From Hormiphora californensis (Eukaryota; Animalia; Ctenophora), in contig CM035356.1 of assembly GCA_020137815.1 (NCBI GenBank), positions 8,184,001-8,248,000 on the forward strand: a stretch of DNA of 64,000 nt, given 5' to 3'. Position 1 is the first letter of the stretch; every line of letters starts with the position of its first letter. The notes beneath the pieces are model-generated. The model saw nothing but the letters and a program-made list of their open reading frames with translations, had not been told where the DNA came from and made no database searches. This document shows positions 50,340 to 63,745 of this stretch, one piece after another. A program made the translations under genes and the position numbers.

Positions 50340-50918
50340 GGGCTCTAGGACTGTGACTCACCTGGACTGTAACTTGAAAGTGAGTTATTGTCTGAAAATT
50401 GGCGTCGACTTTTTATTTTTTGGTGACTTTCTGTCCGCTTTATTTTCGACTTTTTGCTAGGACAAAAAGTCGATAGCTAGGACAAAATGTCGAAATTGAA
50501 ACTCACCTGGTTTTTACCGTAAAACCCAACCCAACCCTAATACAATTAAAGAGAAACAACGATTTTGCAGTACTAATATTCAATTAAGAACCTAGGAGCT
50601 TTCGACTGATCTATGTCAGACGTCTTCAGCCTAATACAGCCCTAACCTCGAACCCAAACAATAACCCTAACACTACCAAGGGAATATAAACCAGTGAACT
50701 CTCGTTTCCGGCCTATCGGCCGCAATCTCGAGTTCCCATGAGAGGTGAGTTAATGTCCTTTTGGACTCTAACTCACCCTAAATAGTGGGGCGGACAAAAA
50801 GTCACCAGATCCGGACTATAACTCACCTAGATTCGAGATTTTCAAAATGTGAGTTATAGTCCGAAATTTTCGAGTTCGAGTTCGAGTTATCGTCCATTCG
50901 AGTTTTTGTCCGGTACCC
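50340..50918. mobile_element. Nested MITE remnants (GGACTATAACTCACC-repeat element with an internal TGGTGACTTT..GTCACCA element at ~50421-50807)
   Basis: Repeated GGAC..AACTC motifs and inverted ends TGGTGACTTTCTGTCCGC / GCGGACAAAAAGTCACCA. Confidence 0.5.
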
Positions 50919-50997
50919 ATTCCAGTCTGATGTTTATTTCATGAACAGCTCTTGTGTAGAACCTAGTCCCAACGCACCATTGTATTGTTTAAATTTG

Positions 50998-51660
50998 TAT
51001 ATACCCTGCTAACTTAAATAACCCGCCAGTGGCGAGAAGTCCCACTGGCGCGCTCTCAATATACAGCCAGTCCAGCGGCAGATTATTTCCCACTGGCTGG
51101 CTGTTTATTATTAACTCCTATGTTACATTCAAAGTGTGTGTAAATGATCAGTTCTTACTGAAATACAGAGGGAACACTGTTTGCAAGAGTTACACACTGC
51201 ATTGGAGAGAAAGAAACAACACATTCCGTCAATTTCTCTCTCTTTATCTCCCCTTTTGTTTCACTATCTCAATTCCTCTGTGTTATGTCTGGCATGCCCC
51301 ATATCTTGTTATTTCTTTCTCTCTCTCCTTAGTAACTGTTACCAAACAATATACACTCAATTGAGAGATGTTTTTGACTGTTTCTCAGTTCTCTTTGTGT
51401 GTATTGATTAGTGTTTTCTCTCTTGTTAGTGTGTAATACTTGAAACAAACAACTAAAGCAGGGTATATAACCCATAAACTCTGACCAATGGCACGTTATT
51501 GGTTTAAACCCCTCCGCCTCTCCCTCGGCTCCGCCTCGGGATCGTCGTCGTGATTTAAACCAGTTTATCCGCCACTGGCGGATAAACTACAGCTACCTTC
51601 TCCCAGCGGCGCGCTGGGAGAAAGGTATCTGAAATAACGTGCCAGTGGCCAGAGTTTATG
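50998..51660 (-). mobile_element. Second Crypton-like multi-hairpin element, related to 30494-31184
   Basis: Same double inverted-repeat layout (50998-51010/51457-51469; 51473-51500/51633-51660) and a shared ~75-nt core. Confidence 0.55.
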
Positions 51661-51756
51661 CCTCATAAATACTCTCTGATTAAAACACAATGCTTCGAGA
51701 GTATTCTGCTGCATATATTTGATTAATCAAATTCTTTATATGATCGCGGTGTGCGA

Positions 51757-51852
<96 letters not shown>

Positions 51853-52099
51853 GGTCGACTAAATATCGGTCGATATAATAAATTGGCCAATTTGAAATAT
51901 CTAATCATTGCTTTGTTTCACTCATATGCTTCTCTCGTCGCGCCTATTTAAAGGAGTAATAAATACCTCGATCGTATCATAAAGGATCGCTAAACATGAG
52001 CGATATATCTCAGATATTCTTTCTTTCCCCAACGTTTGTCTCTTTAAAATGTTTTTTTAAAAGGTGGTTTAGTTCATCAACATTCTCATAGCAGGAAAA

Positions 52100-55021
52100 A
52101 TGATGACATCGATAACTGTAATTGTGTTGAGCTTCGCTACCTTCGTTTCCTTATCAGGTAAAAACTAAAAACTCTCCAGCTTTTGATGTAAACGATTTGT
52201 ACTCGACTTGATTTTATAAATTTTATTGTTTCAATTTTCCAATTATACCCCTCCATTATATTTCAGATGCCTTCTGTGAGCCCATCCCCGCTTGTGGTAT
52301 CGAGGTCATGTGTGAGTGTGCGGAGGAAGGGCCCCTTTTCACCAGCTGTAGCGACAATCCGATTTCATTCACTTGTAAGTAACAACTACTGAAGTACTAC
52401 CGTGTGCGGCAAAAAAAAGGCCCCCCCCCCCCCTAGACCACCATAGTTGCCGATGTGGTGGAGAGCTGTAACTTGGCAGGGTTGCTCCACTATGTCTATC
52501 TTGATCCTGACAGAAAAATCAGAGCTCTAGCTCAAAATTCATTTTCATGAACGGAATGAACTTCTCCGTTCCTTCGATATGAGACCCCCTCATCATTCAG
52601 AATCTTTTGCCCGTCTTTGGCTAACGATTATCTTTGTAATGAGACCAATTTGAGCATAATCTGATTACCAGGAGAGACACAGTGGAGGGTTTTCCGACCG
52701 TCACTCCTGACATGTGATCCAGGCCCGGTCACGTGGTGAAAAGTGGGTTTGGGGTGCTGTTAACATGTCTCAATAACGGATTATTGCTCTCATATCCCTT
52801 GAATATCCCTCCACAATGCTCTCAAGTCACTTTGTGATGCTGATTGATTGGGTTCATGTCACCAGTTCTTGTCAAAGTTCTCAAGCGGCCCGTGATACGA
52901 GATCATTTCATCAAGGAGGGGCCATCTTGTGTCACTAATCAGCCTATCATCTCACATTACACTAGCCAAGGGATCTGGGGTATTTAAATCTTCAAATGTT
53001 CATCAAAATCATTCCCAATCGTTACTTGCAATGCATTTTACACCCGAACAGAGGAACTTCATCTGGCTCAAGAAGGAAACCAACACCCTCTACCCCACCA
53101 TCGAACAGGAGTTCTTTATCAAGTTTGGCCGCCTTCTTGAGCCAGATGAAGTTCCTCTGTTCGGGTGTAAAATGCATTGCAAGTAACGATTGGGAATGAT
53201 TTTGATGAACATTTGAAGATTTAAATACCCCAGATCCCTTGGCTAGTGTAATGTGAGATGATAGGCTGATTAGTGACACAAGATGGCCCCTCCTTGATGA
53301 AATGATCTCGTATCACGGGCCGCTTGAGAACTTTGACAAGAACTGGTGACATGAACCCAATCAATCAGCATCACAAAGTGACTTGAGAGCATTGTGGAGG
53401 GATATTCAAGGGATATGAGAGCAATAATCCGTTATTGAGACATGTTAACAGCACCCCAAACCCACTTTTCACCACGTGACCGGGCCTGGATCACATGTCA
53501 GGAGTGACGGTCGGAAAACCCTCCACTGTGTCTCTCCTGGTACAGTCGGACCCCGATTTACCGGGATGCTCAGGGGAAAGAGTTTTGCCCGGTAAATCGG
53601 GGTGCCCGGTATATCGGGGTCAAATATCGTTATTTTCCCATATCGGGGGAAGTTTATCTTCCCGGTAAATCGGGGTTCCGTTAAATCGGGGGCCGTTAAA
53701 TCGGGGTCCGACTGTAATCAGATTATGCTCAAATTGGTCTCATTACAAAGATAATCGTTAGCCAAAGACGGGCAAAAAATTCTGAATGATGAGGGGGTCT
53801 CATATCGAAGGAACGGAGAAGTTCATTCCGTTCATGAAAATGAATTTTGAGCTAGAGCTCTGATTTTTCTGTCAGGATCAAGATAGACATAGTGGAGCAA
53901 CCCTGCCAAGTTACAGCTCTCCACCACATCGGCAACTATGGTGGTCTAGGGGGGGGGGGGCCTTTTTTTTGCCGCACACGGTATAAGTCGTTGTTGTCGA
54001 GTCCTGTCAGGGCATTGGTTCGACAGCTCGAGTCTCGAACAAAAGAAAGACTAGAACAAAACTTGATCTCATAAAACTCTTTTTAAGCATACGGAGGGTA
54101 CCCCATTGGTCTGGAGCGGGGTAACTCTGTGGAGAATTACCGAAGGAAACGAAGCAGCGACGAAGGTAAAACTATACTTTGGATCCAGTATTATAATTTG
54201 TTGAAATTGGAAAGATAGTGTTTCACTGATTCAATAAGTTGACTGTCTCATATTGTCCAATGTTTTACTAAATCAATTAATTTCATTAAAATAACAATGT
54301 ATTTATCCAGAAGAAGAGGAGGAAGAGATGCCAAAAGACATGGAAGGGTGTGTGTTGAGAAATGTCATTGTTCCAGGAAATCACCGGGGCATCCAGGCCA
54401 ACTTCCCCGGTCATCTTACTGCCATTCTCAAGGTTTTCCAGAGCGTCGTCAATAACCGAGGTAACAAGATAAACAGCGATCGGAATAACAATTAATTGAC
54501 GGAAGCTTTCGAGAACACTGCGTTTCATTGGCAAACGCTGCTGGCCCCCGATGTTCTGCGCCACGTGCAGCACGGGATAAGGCAGCGCTTTTCGTTTCAC
54601 GTCTCCGTTACAATGCAATTCGTGGCAAAAACCTAGACCAAAGCTCTACAAAATTGAATTTAACTTGATAGCATCTCTTTACACAGGTCGATGTATGCTG
54701 GATATAGAGGAGTGCGATGGCGAGCTAAATGAAGCTGATGATTATGCGTTCTTTGTTCGCATTGACCCTGGACTCAGAGAAGAGGCCCTGGACGCCCTGG
54801 ACCACAAATACGCCACGGACTGGAATGAAAATGGAGCAAAGAATCAGTGCTTTGGGAGCGATCAGGTGAGATTAGTAAACACATATACACTCCTAAATTA
54901 CATTTTGTAGTTTACTTTTTTAGTCAATCAAGTTATGATTATACAGTCATATGATGTGTTTGATTGAACTCATGAATTAAATTTCCCTCAGAGTGACGAC
55001 ATGATCTACTGCTACCTATAA
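52100..55021 (+). CDS. Small secreted Cys-rich acidic protein with furin-type RRKR site; no recognised family
   Basis: Approximate exons 52100-52157, 52267-52375, 54089-54165, 54311-54460, 54688-54864, 54992-55021, phases consistent: MMTSITVIVLSFATFVSLSDAFCEPIPACGIEVMCEC...ENYRRKRSSDEEEEEEEMPKDMEGCVLR...NQCFGSDQSDDMIYCYL*. Confidence 0.78.
52400..53981. mobile_element. Tc1/mariner-type foldback element, TA TSD, ~675-bp arms, with a transposase N-terminal remnant at the centre
   Basis: TA-CCGTGTGCGGCAAAAAAAAGG...CCTTTTTTTTGCCGCACACGG-TA; centre encodes MHFTPEQRNFIWLKKETNTLYPTIEQEFFIKFGR. Confidence 0.85.
53543..53714. mobile_element. CAGTCGGACCCCGATTTA-family MITE nested in the right arm of the foldback
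   Basis: TA TSD; the left arm shows the empty site (TGATTACCAGG). Confidence 0.9.
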
Positions 55022-55312
55022 ACACAGCCAGCTTCAACAAGATGGTTGCTGTGCAAGCCCATAACACATCGACCCAACGTTTTCCACTTACGGAGTACCC
55101 TCTCTTATAGAGCACAGGAGAGCAAGAGAGAGGGGATCTTATTTTTCCACCAGATGATACAGCTCTTTTAAAAGCAACTGCTCAATGAGCAGTGCTCATT
55201 TTATGTTTTGCTCCAAATAAGCAATTGCTCATGTTATGTTTTGCTCTAAATAATATTATATATGTTGAATGTAGATTGAACAGAGATCAGTGATGAAACG
55301 AGAAACAATTAT

Positions 55313-56247
<935 letters not shown>

Positions 56248-56393
56248 GACCGGTTTTTTGAGATTTTTGATTTAGTTTTTCCTAAATCTATAATGTGCTG
56301 AATCCGTAGTATCCCGTATCCCAAAAATAAAAATCAAGATTTAAAATTTAAATGAATGTATAGTATTGAGACTCGAGTTTACATCAATAAAAA

Positions 56394-57105
56394 TTAAACA
56401 AATTCTTCGGCCATTCTTCTAGTTCTACAGGGTCCAAGGAACTCAAGAACTTGCTTCAATGTTATAAAACCTACTATGATGATAACTGATAAACCTAAAA
56501 TATGTCCTATGAGCTCTGATGACCTTACCCTCTTTCTCATATCGTAATATTCCTTTGACTGTGTTTTAATAACATTATTTAATGATGTCATGTTATTAAT
56601 AATATTATTAAGTGATAAAATTTGATTTGAAACAAAATCTAATGAAAAGTCTTCTACATACGTAATATTAGATAAAGGCATAATATGGCTGTACGGATTA
56701 TTGTAATGACTGTTTTGAATAGTGATCGTATCGGTTTCTAGCCATTTACTAAACTTCGTGCCAGAAAATAAGGTTTCTGTACCATTCAGCGAAGTTATTC
56801 TAGCATTATCTGCCGTAAACAGTAAACCGTGATCACTAGTTACAACACTGTAGGGAAAGCATAACTTGCTTTCCCTAGTTGCACAGTCTTTTGTTGATAT
56901 GCACGATACTTTTGTTGCATAACCCGTAATGCAATCACTTTCTCGACATTTAATGTGGTAGAATTTGCCACTCAGCTCAACCAACTGGCCATCAACGTCG
57001 AGCTCGTAACATTTATCGTCCACAAAGAACCCGACTTTAAAAATGCTATACAGAACCGATGTATGGTTTAGCCGTGGGAACCACAGTTGCAGTGTAAACC
57101 CGACC
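56394..57105 (-). pseudogene. C-terminal part of a viral class I (F-type) envelope/fusion glycoprotein-like ORF
   Basis: Frame is open upstream of the annotated start: EVGFTLQLWFPRLNHTSVLYSIFKVGFFVDDKCYEL..., followed by a Cys-rich segment, N-glycosylation sequons, heptad-like ILSLNNIINNMTSLNNVIK, a TM helix and a short tail; intronless. The 5' part runs into low-quality sequence. Confidence 0.55.
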
Positions 57106-59499
57106 TCGGTTTCTGTCGTATTCTTTTGAATAAAAAGGGAGGGATTTTCAAAATTACATTTTATTTGTTGAGAAAAAAAAATAAATTAAAAAAAAAAAGA
57201 AAAATTTTTTTTGGGAAAAAAATTTTTAAGAATTTTGGGAAGAGTTTTTCATTCATACAATTACCTAAACTTACTATTTTTTATACAGAAGAAATTTACG
57301 AGGGGGAGCTGGGGGAAAGTAAAAAAACCATCCATCGGGGTTTTTTCCCAAAAAATTCCAACTGCAGTTTGTTCACCTTTTGTCTTTTTTTTAAAACCGG
57401 CCCTTCCCTTTCAATAGACCTATCCCCTTTGAAAACGCCTTCCCAGTACATTTAAAAACGTACCTTTCCAAAAAAAAATTCCGTTCTTTTGATAGTTTAA
57501 AATGTTTAATTGATTTTTAAAAAATTAAAAATATTTGGGGGAAAAAATAAATGTGAAAGGGTTTTAAAATTTTCCCAAATTTTGAAAGGGGGGTTAACCC
57601 CCTTCCGCTCCCTGACCGAAAAGTCGTTATTCTACAATAGCAGGGGCTAACTTTTGATAATAGTGGGGGGAAAGACGGGGGACTGCTTTTTCATGTTCCG
57701 TTTTTTTAAACCGGGTTTACTTTTTTTTTTGAATAAACCCGTTCAGTCCAGTAGACCTTTTTTTTTCCGGGGACATTATAACAGCTTATTAAATTTATTC
57801 AGAAATACAGCCGTACCATCCCCACTTTTCCCCTCACTCTCCCCCTTTCTCTCCCCCTCTCTCTCCTCTCTTCTCTCTCTTCTCTCTCTCTCTCTCTCTC
57901 CTTCTCCCCTCCTCGCTCTCTCGCTCTCTTTTTCCTATCTTCCCCTTTTAATTCTCTCCTCTCCCCTTCTCTCCTCTCTCTCTCTCTCTCTCTCGCCCCT
58001 CCCTCTCTCTCTCTCCCCTCTCCCACTAATTTCCCTATCTTTTCTCTCTGGCTTGCTCTGTGAATGACATGATGAATATGTGACTATGTGACTAGATAAC
58101 ATGTGACAATACAGAAATGAAAAGAATCAAGCCCTAATGCAATATGAGTGTGATCACCACCAAAAGGACAGGACAAGACACGACACATAGATACTACAAA
58201 ACAGGCACGATCATGAATAAAAAACAACCAACTACACGATATGCACACAGTGCACAATCGCCCCTTCAAAGTGGAGGAAAAGGCTCCCTGTCCTAGTCTC
58301 AAAGACCTGAAACACTCCCAAAGCAGATGACACTAGGTACATGGTCACTCCAAGTGGCCAGAATGGAGTAATACAAGACCCAGGTACGGTGCTGGTAAAT
58401 GCCATGCTTATCAACTGTGACAGGTTACCAGTTCCCTGAATGTGGCGGACAAGTGACAAGTGCAAATACAGACACTAAAATACAGAAAAACAGACGACTG
58501 AAAACTGACAATATAAGACAACAAACAAGACAATACAAGACAACAAACAGGACAATACAAGACAACAAAACATGATACCACAAACGTTCGGGACAGTAAA
58601 CATTGTGCTACTACTAAATGATCATTAATGCGTGCTCAAATGATAGTGAAATTGCAAGCCTCACTCTCACTCGAGCACCCCGAGGGCTCGTCAGCTCACT
58701 CGAGTTATATACATAGGCCTCTCAAAGCTCAAATCACAGCACTCAAAGCTCCAGAAATAACTCTTCAAATCGACACTCTCAAAATTCAAATCACAGCACT
58801 CAAAGCTCCAGAAATATCTCTTCAAATCGACACTCTCAAAGCTCAAATCACATCACTCGCAAAGCTCCAAAAATATCTCTTCAAATCAAAACTCTCAAAG
58901 CTCAAAACACAGCACTCTTGGCTCCAAAAAACGGTTCGAACACGCCCGGGCACACGCACACACACACACACACACAAACAAACAAACAGGAATAAATATG
59001 CTATCTAAATAAGCTTTGTTGAGTACTTCAACAAATAAATACAACATGCATAATCACTATCAGTGATATTTAAATACCGTTTTTTTTTGTTCATTTTCAC
59101 AGTTTTTTTTGGATAGTCTGATAAAGTCCGAATAAAATAAATGTCCGAGAAAACAGTACCACAATACCTATTCGCTGACAGTATCTGTTGAGTGAGAGGG
59201 GTGTTTCCACCTGGCGCCTCAGAAAGTATCTCCCATCACCATGGTTATCACACCTCGGGTCTTGACAGGAACAGGAACACACTCCAGCTCCTCCAGTAGC
59301 AGGAACAGGAACACTCCAGCTCCTCCAGGAACAGGAACACTCCAGCTCCTCCAGGAACAGGAACAGGAACACTCCAGCTCCTCCAGGAACAGGAACAGTA
59401 ACACTAACACTCCAGCTCCTCCAGTAGCAGGAACAGTAACACTCCAGCACCTCCAGGAACAGGAACAGAAACAGTCTCCCCCAGATTAAGAGGGACTAA

Positions 59500-61170
59500 C
59501 TAGTTCAAATTGTCCTTCATCTCACTCCCACTGGGTTTACTGGAATGGTGAACATCTGTTGAGGGGTTCCATTTGCATTGATCATTGTTCTGGAAATCCG
59601 GATTTCTGTCTCTAGCACTAGGTCCATAATCATACACTCCACCGTATCCTGGCTGGGCATGTGGCCTCTGATACTGTGTGTAATGTGGATCCAGTGGTCT
59701 GAACGGGTAGGGCAAAACTGGCTGATACTGCTGCAGCTGGTGAGACTGGAAACCGTAGTTTGGGTACGGCAAGCTGCTGGGTATGTTAGTAGGGGCAAAT
59801 TGAGGGGCATTAACATCTGGATTTGCAGGGGGATTGCACAGTGGATTTAGATGCTGGTTTTGTGGGGCATCGTTTACCTGTGTTCGCAGAGCTGTTATGG
59901 TAATCAGGTTTCCTTCCCTTATCTTGCTGAGAGCCCGGTACGAAGATTCCAACAGCAGTGCTTCTTCGTATAATTCAGCAAAGGTCATCTCGGTTTGAAG
60001 CCGGAGAAGTCGTAACCCAGTCTCTTGTCTCTTCACACCAGACGCCAACGCATCCTTCAGCATGCTCTCTCGGACGGCAACCTCCCCTTGCGAAGACCCA
60101 CTATGTGGTCAAAACGCGCATTTGTCCGATAGGAATCCTCCGTTTTGAGGGGTTTTGCGCGATTTTGTTAGGCGCTTTCAGGGAGCGTGCACGCTTGCGT
60201 GTGCTGTCAAACACCCTGGAAATTGTGTAGCAGTTGTAGGTAATCGTCTAAAGATCATTTTGCTACCCATAACTTGGCTGAAAGTGCGGTAGGTTTTGGA
60301 CAGCACGGCATCAAAGTTCGTCCTATAGCCCAAAAACTGGCTTCTGTTCAAAGCGCAACCTAAATTTTGGTATCAAAAGAAAGCTAGGGGGCTAGAGATT
60401 ACTATGCAACCTTTCCATCGCAACCGGTCCGATGCGGTCATGTATTAAATGCGACATTTATGCTAAAAAAGCGCTTGTCAGCGCTGGTTTTACACGTAAA
60501 AACGCGCAACGAGGTTGGATCTTGGTCAAAATTGAGCCTCTACTGCGCGTTTTCTATCAAAATCACTAGATCTCGCGAGCCTATCGGACATGACCACATA
60601 GTGAGACCCAGGAAAGGCGATATCTGCTAGCTGTTTGATCCGGATCCCGAACTCAAGAACCGTCTCCTCCTCGCGTTGTACCTCAGTCCTTAGTCGAAAT
60701 CGGGCCTGCACTGCATTCTGTCCCTCGTACCTCTGCATACATTTTATGGTGTCATTCCGGAATTCATCCCAGTCCTCATACCTGTGAAGCTCCTTCTCCT
60801 TCAACTTGTTCTTTGTTTCCACGTCCAGGTATGTGAAGAGAAGTTTGACTGCATCACCTCCAGATAGACCAACAATCTCCCTATACGTCTCGAAGGCATT
60901 CAAATACTGGCTGAGTATCATCTTGGAAGGATCGAATGGGTCCGGCTTTCTACCTGCTGTTAGGGTAGCGATGTTTGGTATACCACGTGCTCTTCTCAGG
61001 CCAGTTCCAGGGGTCTTGAAATTCCGTCCTTCCTCTGACTCCGACGACTCAGATACACTGAGTTTAGCTCCATTGCCAAGGTGTTTCTTCTGGTTGTTGG
61101 TCGTGGTCCCATCAAGGTCACCATTGTACACTGGGTGCGGTGGGGGAACTTCCATATGATCATTGCCCAT
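59500..61170 (-). pseudogene. gag: Ty3/Gypsy gag (capsid) gene split by a transposon insertion
   Basis: KPDPFDP..LSQYLNAFETY...QREEETVLEFGIRIKQLADIAFPG | SSQGEVAVRESMLKDALASGV...TFAELYEEALLLE; removing 60099-60603 plus one TSD restores the frame. Confidence 0.85.
60099..60603. mobile_element. Transib-type non-autonomous element, CACTATG termini, 5-bp TSD AGACC
   Basis: AGACC-CACTATGTGGTCA...TGACCACATAGTG-AGACC. Confidence 0.88.
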
Positions 61171-61571
61171 GATGTTTCCCTTTACCCTTTGATTGCAAAT
61201 TCAAAACACAGAAGCTGGCGGGGACCACTAACGGTTATAAGACAGTCGAGTACAGAATCTGAATCTTCACAATTCACATCTCAAAATATAATCTCTTTCT
61301 CTATTATTCTCTCACTCTATATCAGGATCTCACTCTCACTATGTCTCTCTCTATCTCAAATACTTTCTCTCTCTAAATCTCTCCAACTCTGAGACTCTAT
61401 AACTCTCCTACTCTCTCCACTCTCATCCTCTCTCTCTAACTCCTCGCGAGACTCTCGGACTGACAGTTAATTCATGTTGCCACGCTAACTGGTCGGAGCT
61501 GCACCTATTAGGGACCACTCCAAACCGGACGTAGCGTCTCAACACAACTTAACTGCCAACCGATATCTCTC

Positions 61572-61625
<54 letters not shown>

Positions 61626-62040
61626 ACTCTATCTCTCTCACTCTATCTCTCTCTCTCTCTGGCTTGCTCTGTGAATGACATGATGAATATGTGACTATGT
61701 GACTAGATAACATGTGACAATACAGAAATGAAAAGAATCAAGCCCTAATGCAATATGAGTGTGATCACCACCAAAAGGACAGGACAAGACACGACACATA
61801 GATACTACAAAACAGGCACGATCATAAAAAACAACCAACTACACGATATGCACACAGTGCACACTATGAGCGGTTCGCTAATTACGCCAATTAGTTAATT
61901 AGCTACCCCTTGTCAGCGCCCCTCGCGCGGACGTCGTACGCGCTATAATAGCGCCGCGCCAAGCATGTAAAAGCATGTAAAAGCTTCTTCATCTTCTAAA
62001 TTAAGTTACCATAGTATATTTAAAGTTTCAGAGCGTTACG

Positions 62041-62260
62041 TCAAAAGACACGCAAATGGGAGACACAAACGTGCCCTAAACCGAGATAGACTATACAAGT
62101 GGCCCTCAGCGAGCACGTTGCGCGGCTGTTTAGTATACGTGCCACTGAAAGAGTAACCTCTCGAGGGAGTCTGTTCCATAGTTGAGGTGCCCTGAAGCTG
62201 AACGAGTTGTACAAGTACAACTGACCTGCCCATTTGGAATCTGCCCAGTAAGGGTATTTC
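62041..62260 (-). mobile_element. Short LINE RT C-terminal remnant
   Basis: NSFSFRAPQLWNRLP motif in ORF 62041..62286(-). Confidence 0.5.
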
Positions 62261-62329
62261 TGTGTCTTTGATCTATAATGAAACAATTAAAATTAAATTT
62301 GAAACATTTTATTGGATCAGCAGTCAAAT

Positions 62330-63745
62330 TTGGTACGCGCAAATGATACGCCGCGCAATGCTCTCAGAACGAATGCGCGCGACGCGACTTATTTTGGTTC
62401 TTTTCTAACAGTAAAGTCCAATTTTTTATTTAAAGTGGAATTTTTATTTAAAGTCGAATTTTTTATTTAAGCGACAGGCCGCCGCGCATTCAAAGAGGTC
62501 GCGCGGCGTTGTATTTGCGCGTGATAATCGAGATCAAGTTCCTGGTAATCTTAAGACTTGAACCCGGAAGCGTTGGAAAGGTAATTTCAAGACCTTTCCA
62601 ACGCAACTAAGATCAATTCTTTATCTTATCAGGAACTGGAGATATGAGCGAAAAGGTTTCTCGAATTGTCACGCGCAAATACAACGCCGCGCGACTTCTT
62701 TGAATGCGCGGCGGCCTGTCGCTTAAATAAAAAATTCGACTTTAAGCGACAGGCCGCCGCGCATCAAAATGCAGCGCTTGAACGCAATTTCCGGTTTACC
62801 GCTGTTCCTGATAAGCTAGTGACTTTTTCTTGGCGCCATTGGAAAGATAAAATTTTTACCTTTACAAATCCAACGCAACCAAGAGCAAGACTTTATCTTA
62901 TCAGGAACCGGAGATATGACCAATTAACTAGTTTTTTGTGCGCGGCGGCCTGTCGCTTAAATTTAAAATTCAACTTTAAGCGACAGGCCGCCGCGCATCA
63001 AAATGCAGCGCTTGAAATCGATTTCCGGTTCCTGATGAGCTAGCGACTTTTTCTTGGTGCCATTGGAAAGATAAAAATTTTATCTTTCCAACGCAACCAG
63101 GATGAAGTCTTTATCTTATAAGGAACCATAATAAAGTTCAAGAGCCTCCAAGAGCACCCAAGAGCGCACCCGATCGAAGAGAGACCACACCTGAGAGCGC
63201 ACCACACCCAAAAGAGACCACATCCAAGAGCGCACCACCTCCAGAAGACACCACTTCAAGAGCGCACCACATCAAAGAGAGCTCCCCATCCAGAAGATAC
63301 CACGCGCAGGGGACACCACGCGCAGAAGAGACCAGCGCGGCGTTGTATTTGCGCGTGCGGTCTCTTCTGCGCGTGGTGTCCCCTGCGCGCGGTATCTTCT
63401 GGATGGGAGCTCTCTTTGATGTGGTGCGCTCTTGGAGTGGTGTCTTTTGGAGGTGGTACGCTCTTGGATGGGGTGCGCTCTTGAACTTTATTATGGTTCC
63501 TTATCAGGAACCGGAGATATGACCAAATTACCAATTGAGTGCGCGGCGGCCTGTCGCTTAAATAAAAAATTGGACTTTATCGATCATGCTAAAGTCGGAT
63601 TTTTTGAAACTGTCACCCCCTTTTCGTGCGCGGAATGTTTTTGCGCGTCACATCACATGTTAACGTGTGGTGTGCGCGTCAAAATTGATGAATTTCACAT
63701 GCACGGTCGTTTTGGGGTGACAGTTTCAAAAAATCCGACTTTATC
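62330..63745. repeat. Complex direct/inverted repeat cluster (TTAAGCGACAGGCCGCCGCGCA units) with palindromes at ~63121-63501 and ~63590-63743
   Basis: Units recur in both orientations; AGGAACCATAATAAAGTTCAAGAGC / GCTCTTGAACTTTATTATGGTTCCT; TAAAGTCGGATTTTTTGAAACTGTCACCCC inverted. Confidence 0.75.

Larger units (their letters stand above)
57830..61863 (-). mobile_element. Gag-only Ty3/Gypsy-type LTR element (matching LTR segments 58043-58256 and 61655-61863)
   Basis: TG start at 61863 and 58256; PPT GAAGGGGCGAT next to 58256; both LTRs run into (CT)n; no pol seen; far end of the 3' LTR unresolved. Confidence 0.8.

Noticed and set aside
57110-57830. Lys/Phe-rich ORFs 57087-57455, 57211-57417, 57654-58067
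   Set aside because: Inflated homopolymer runs suggest low-quality consensus; no coherent protein.
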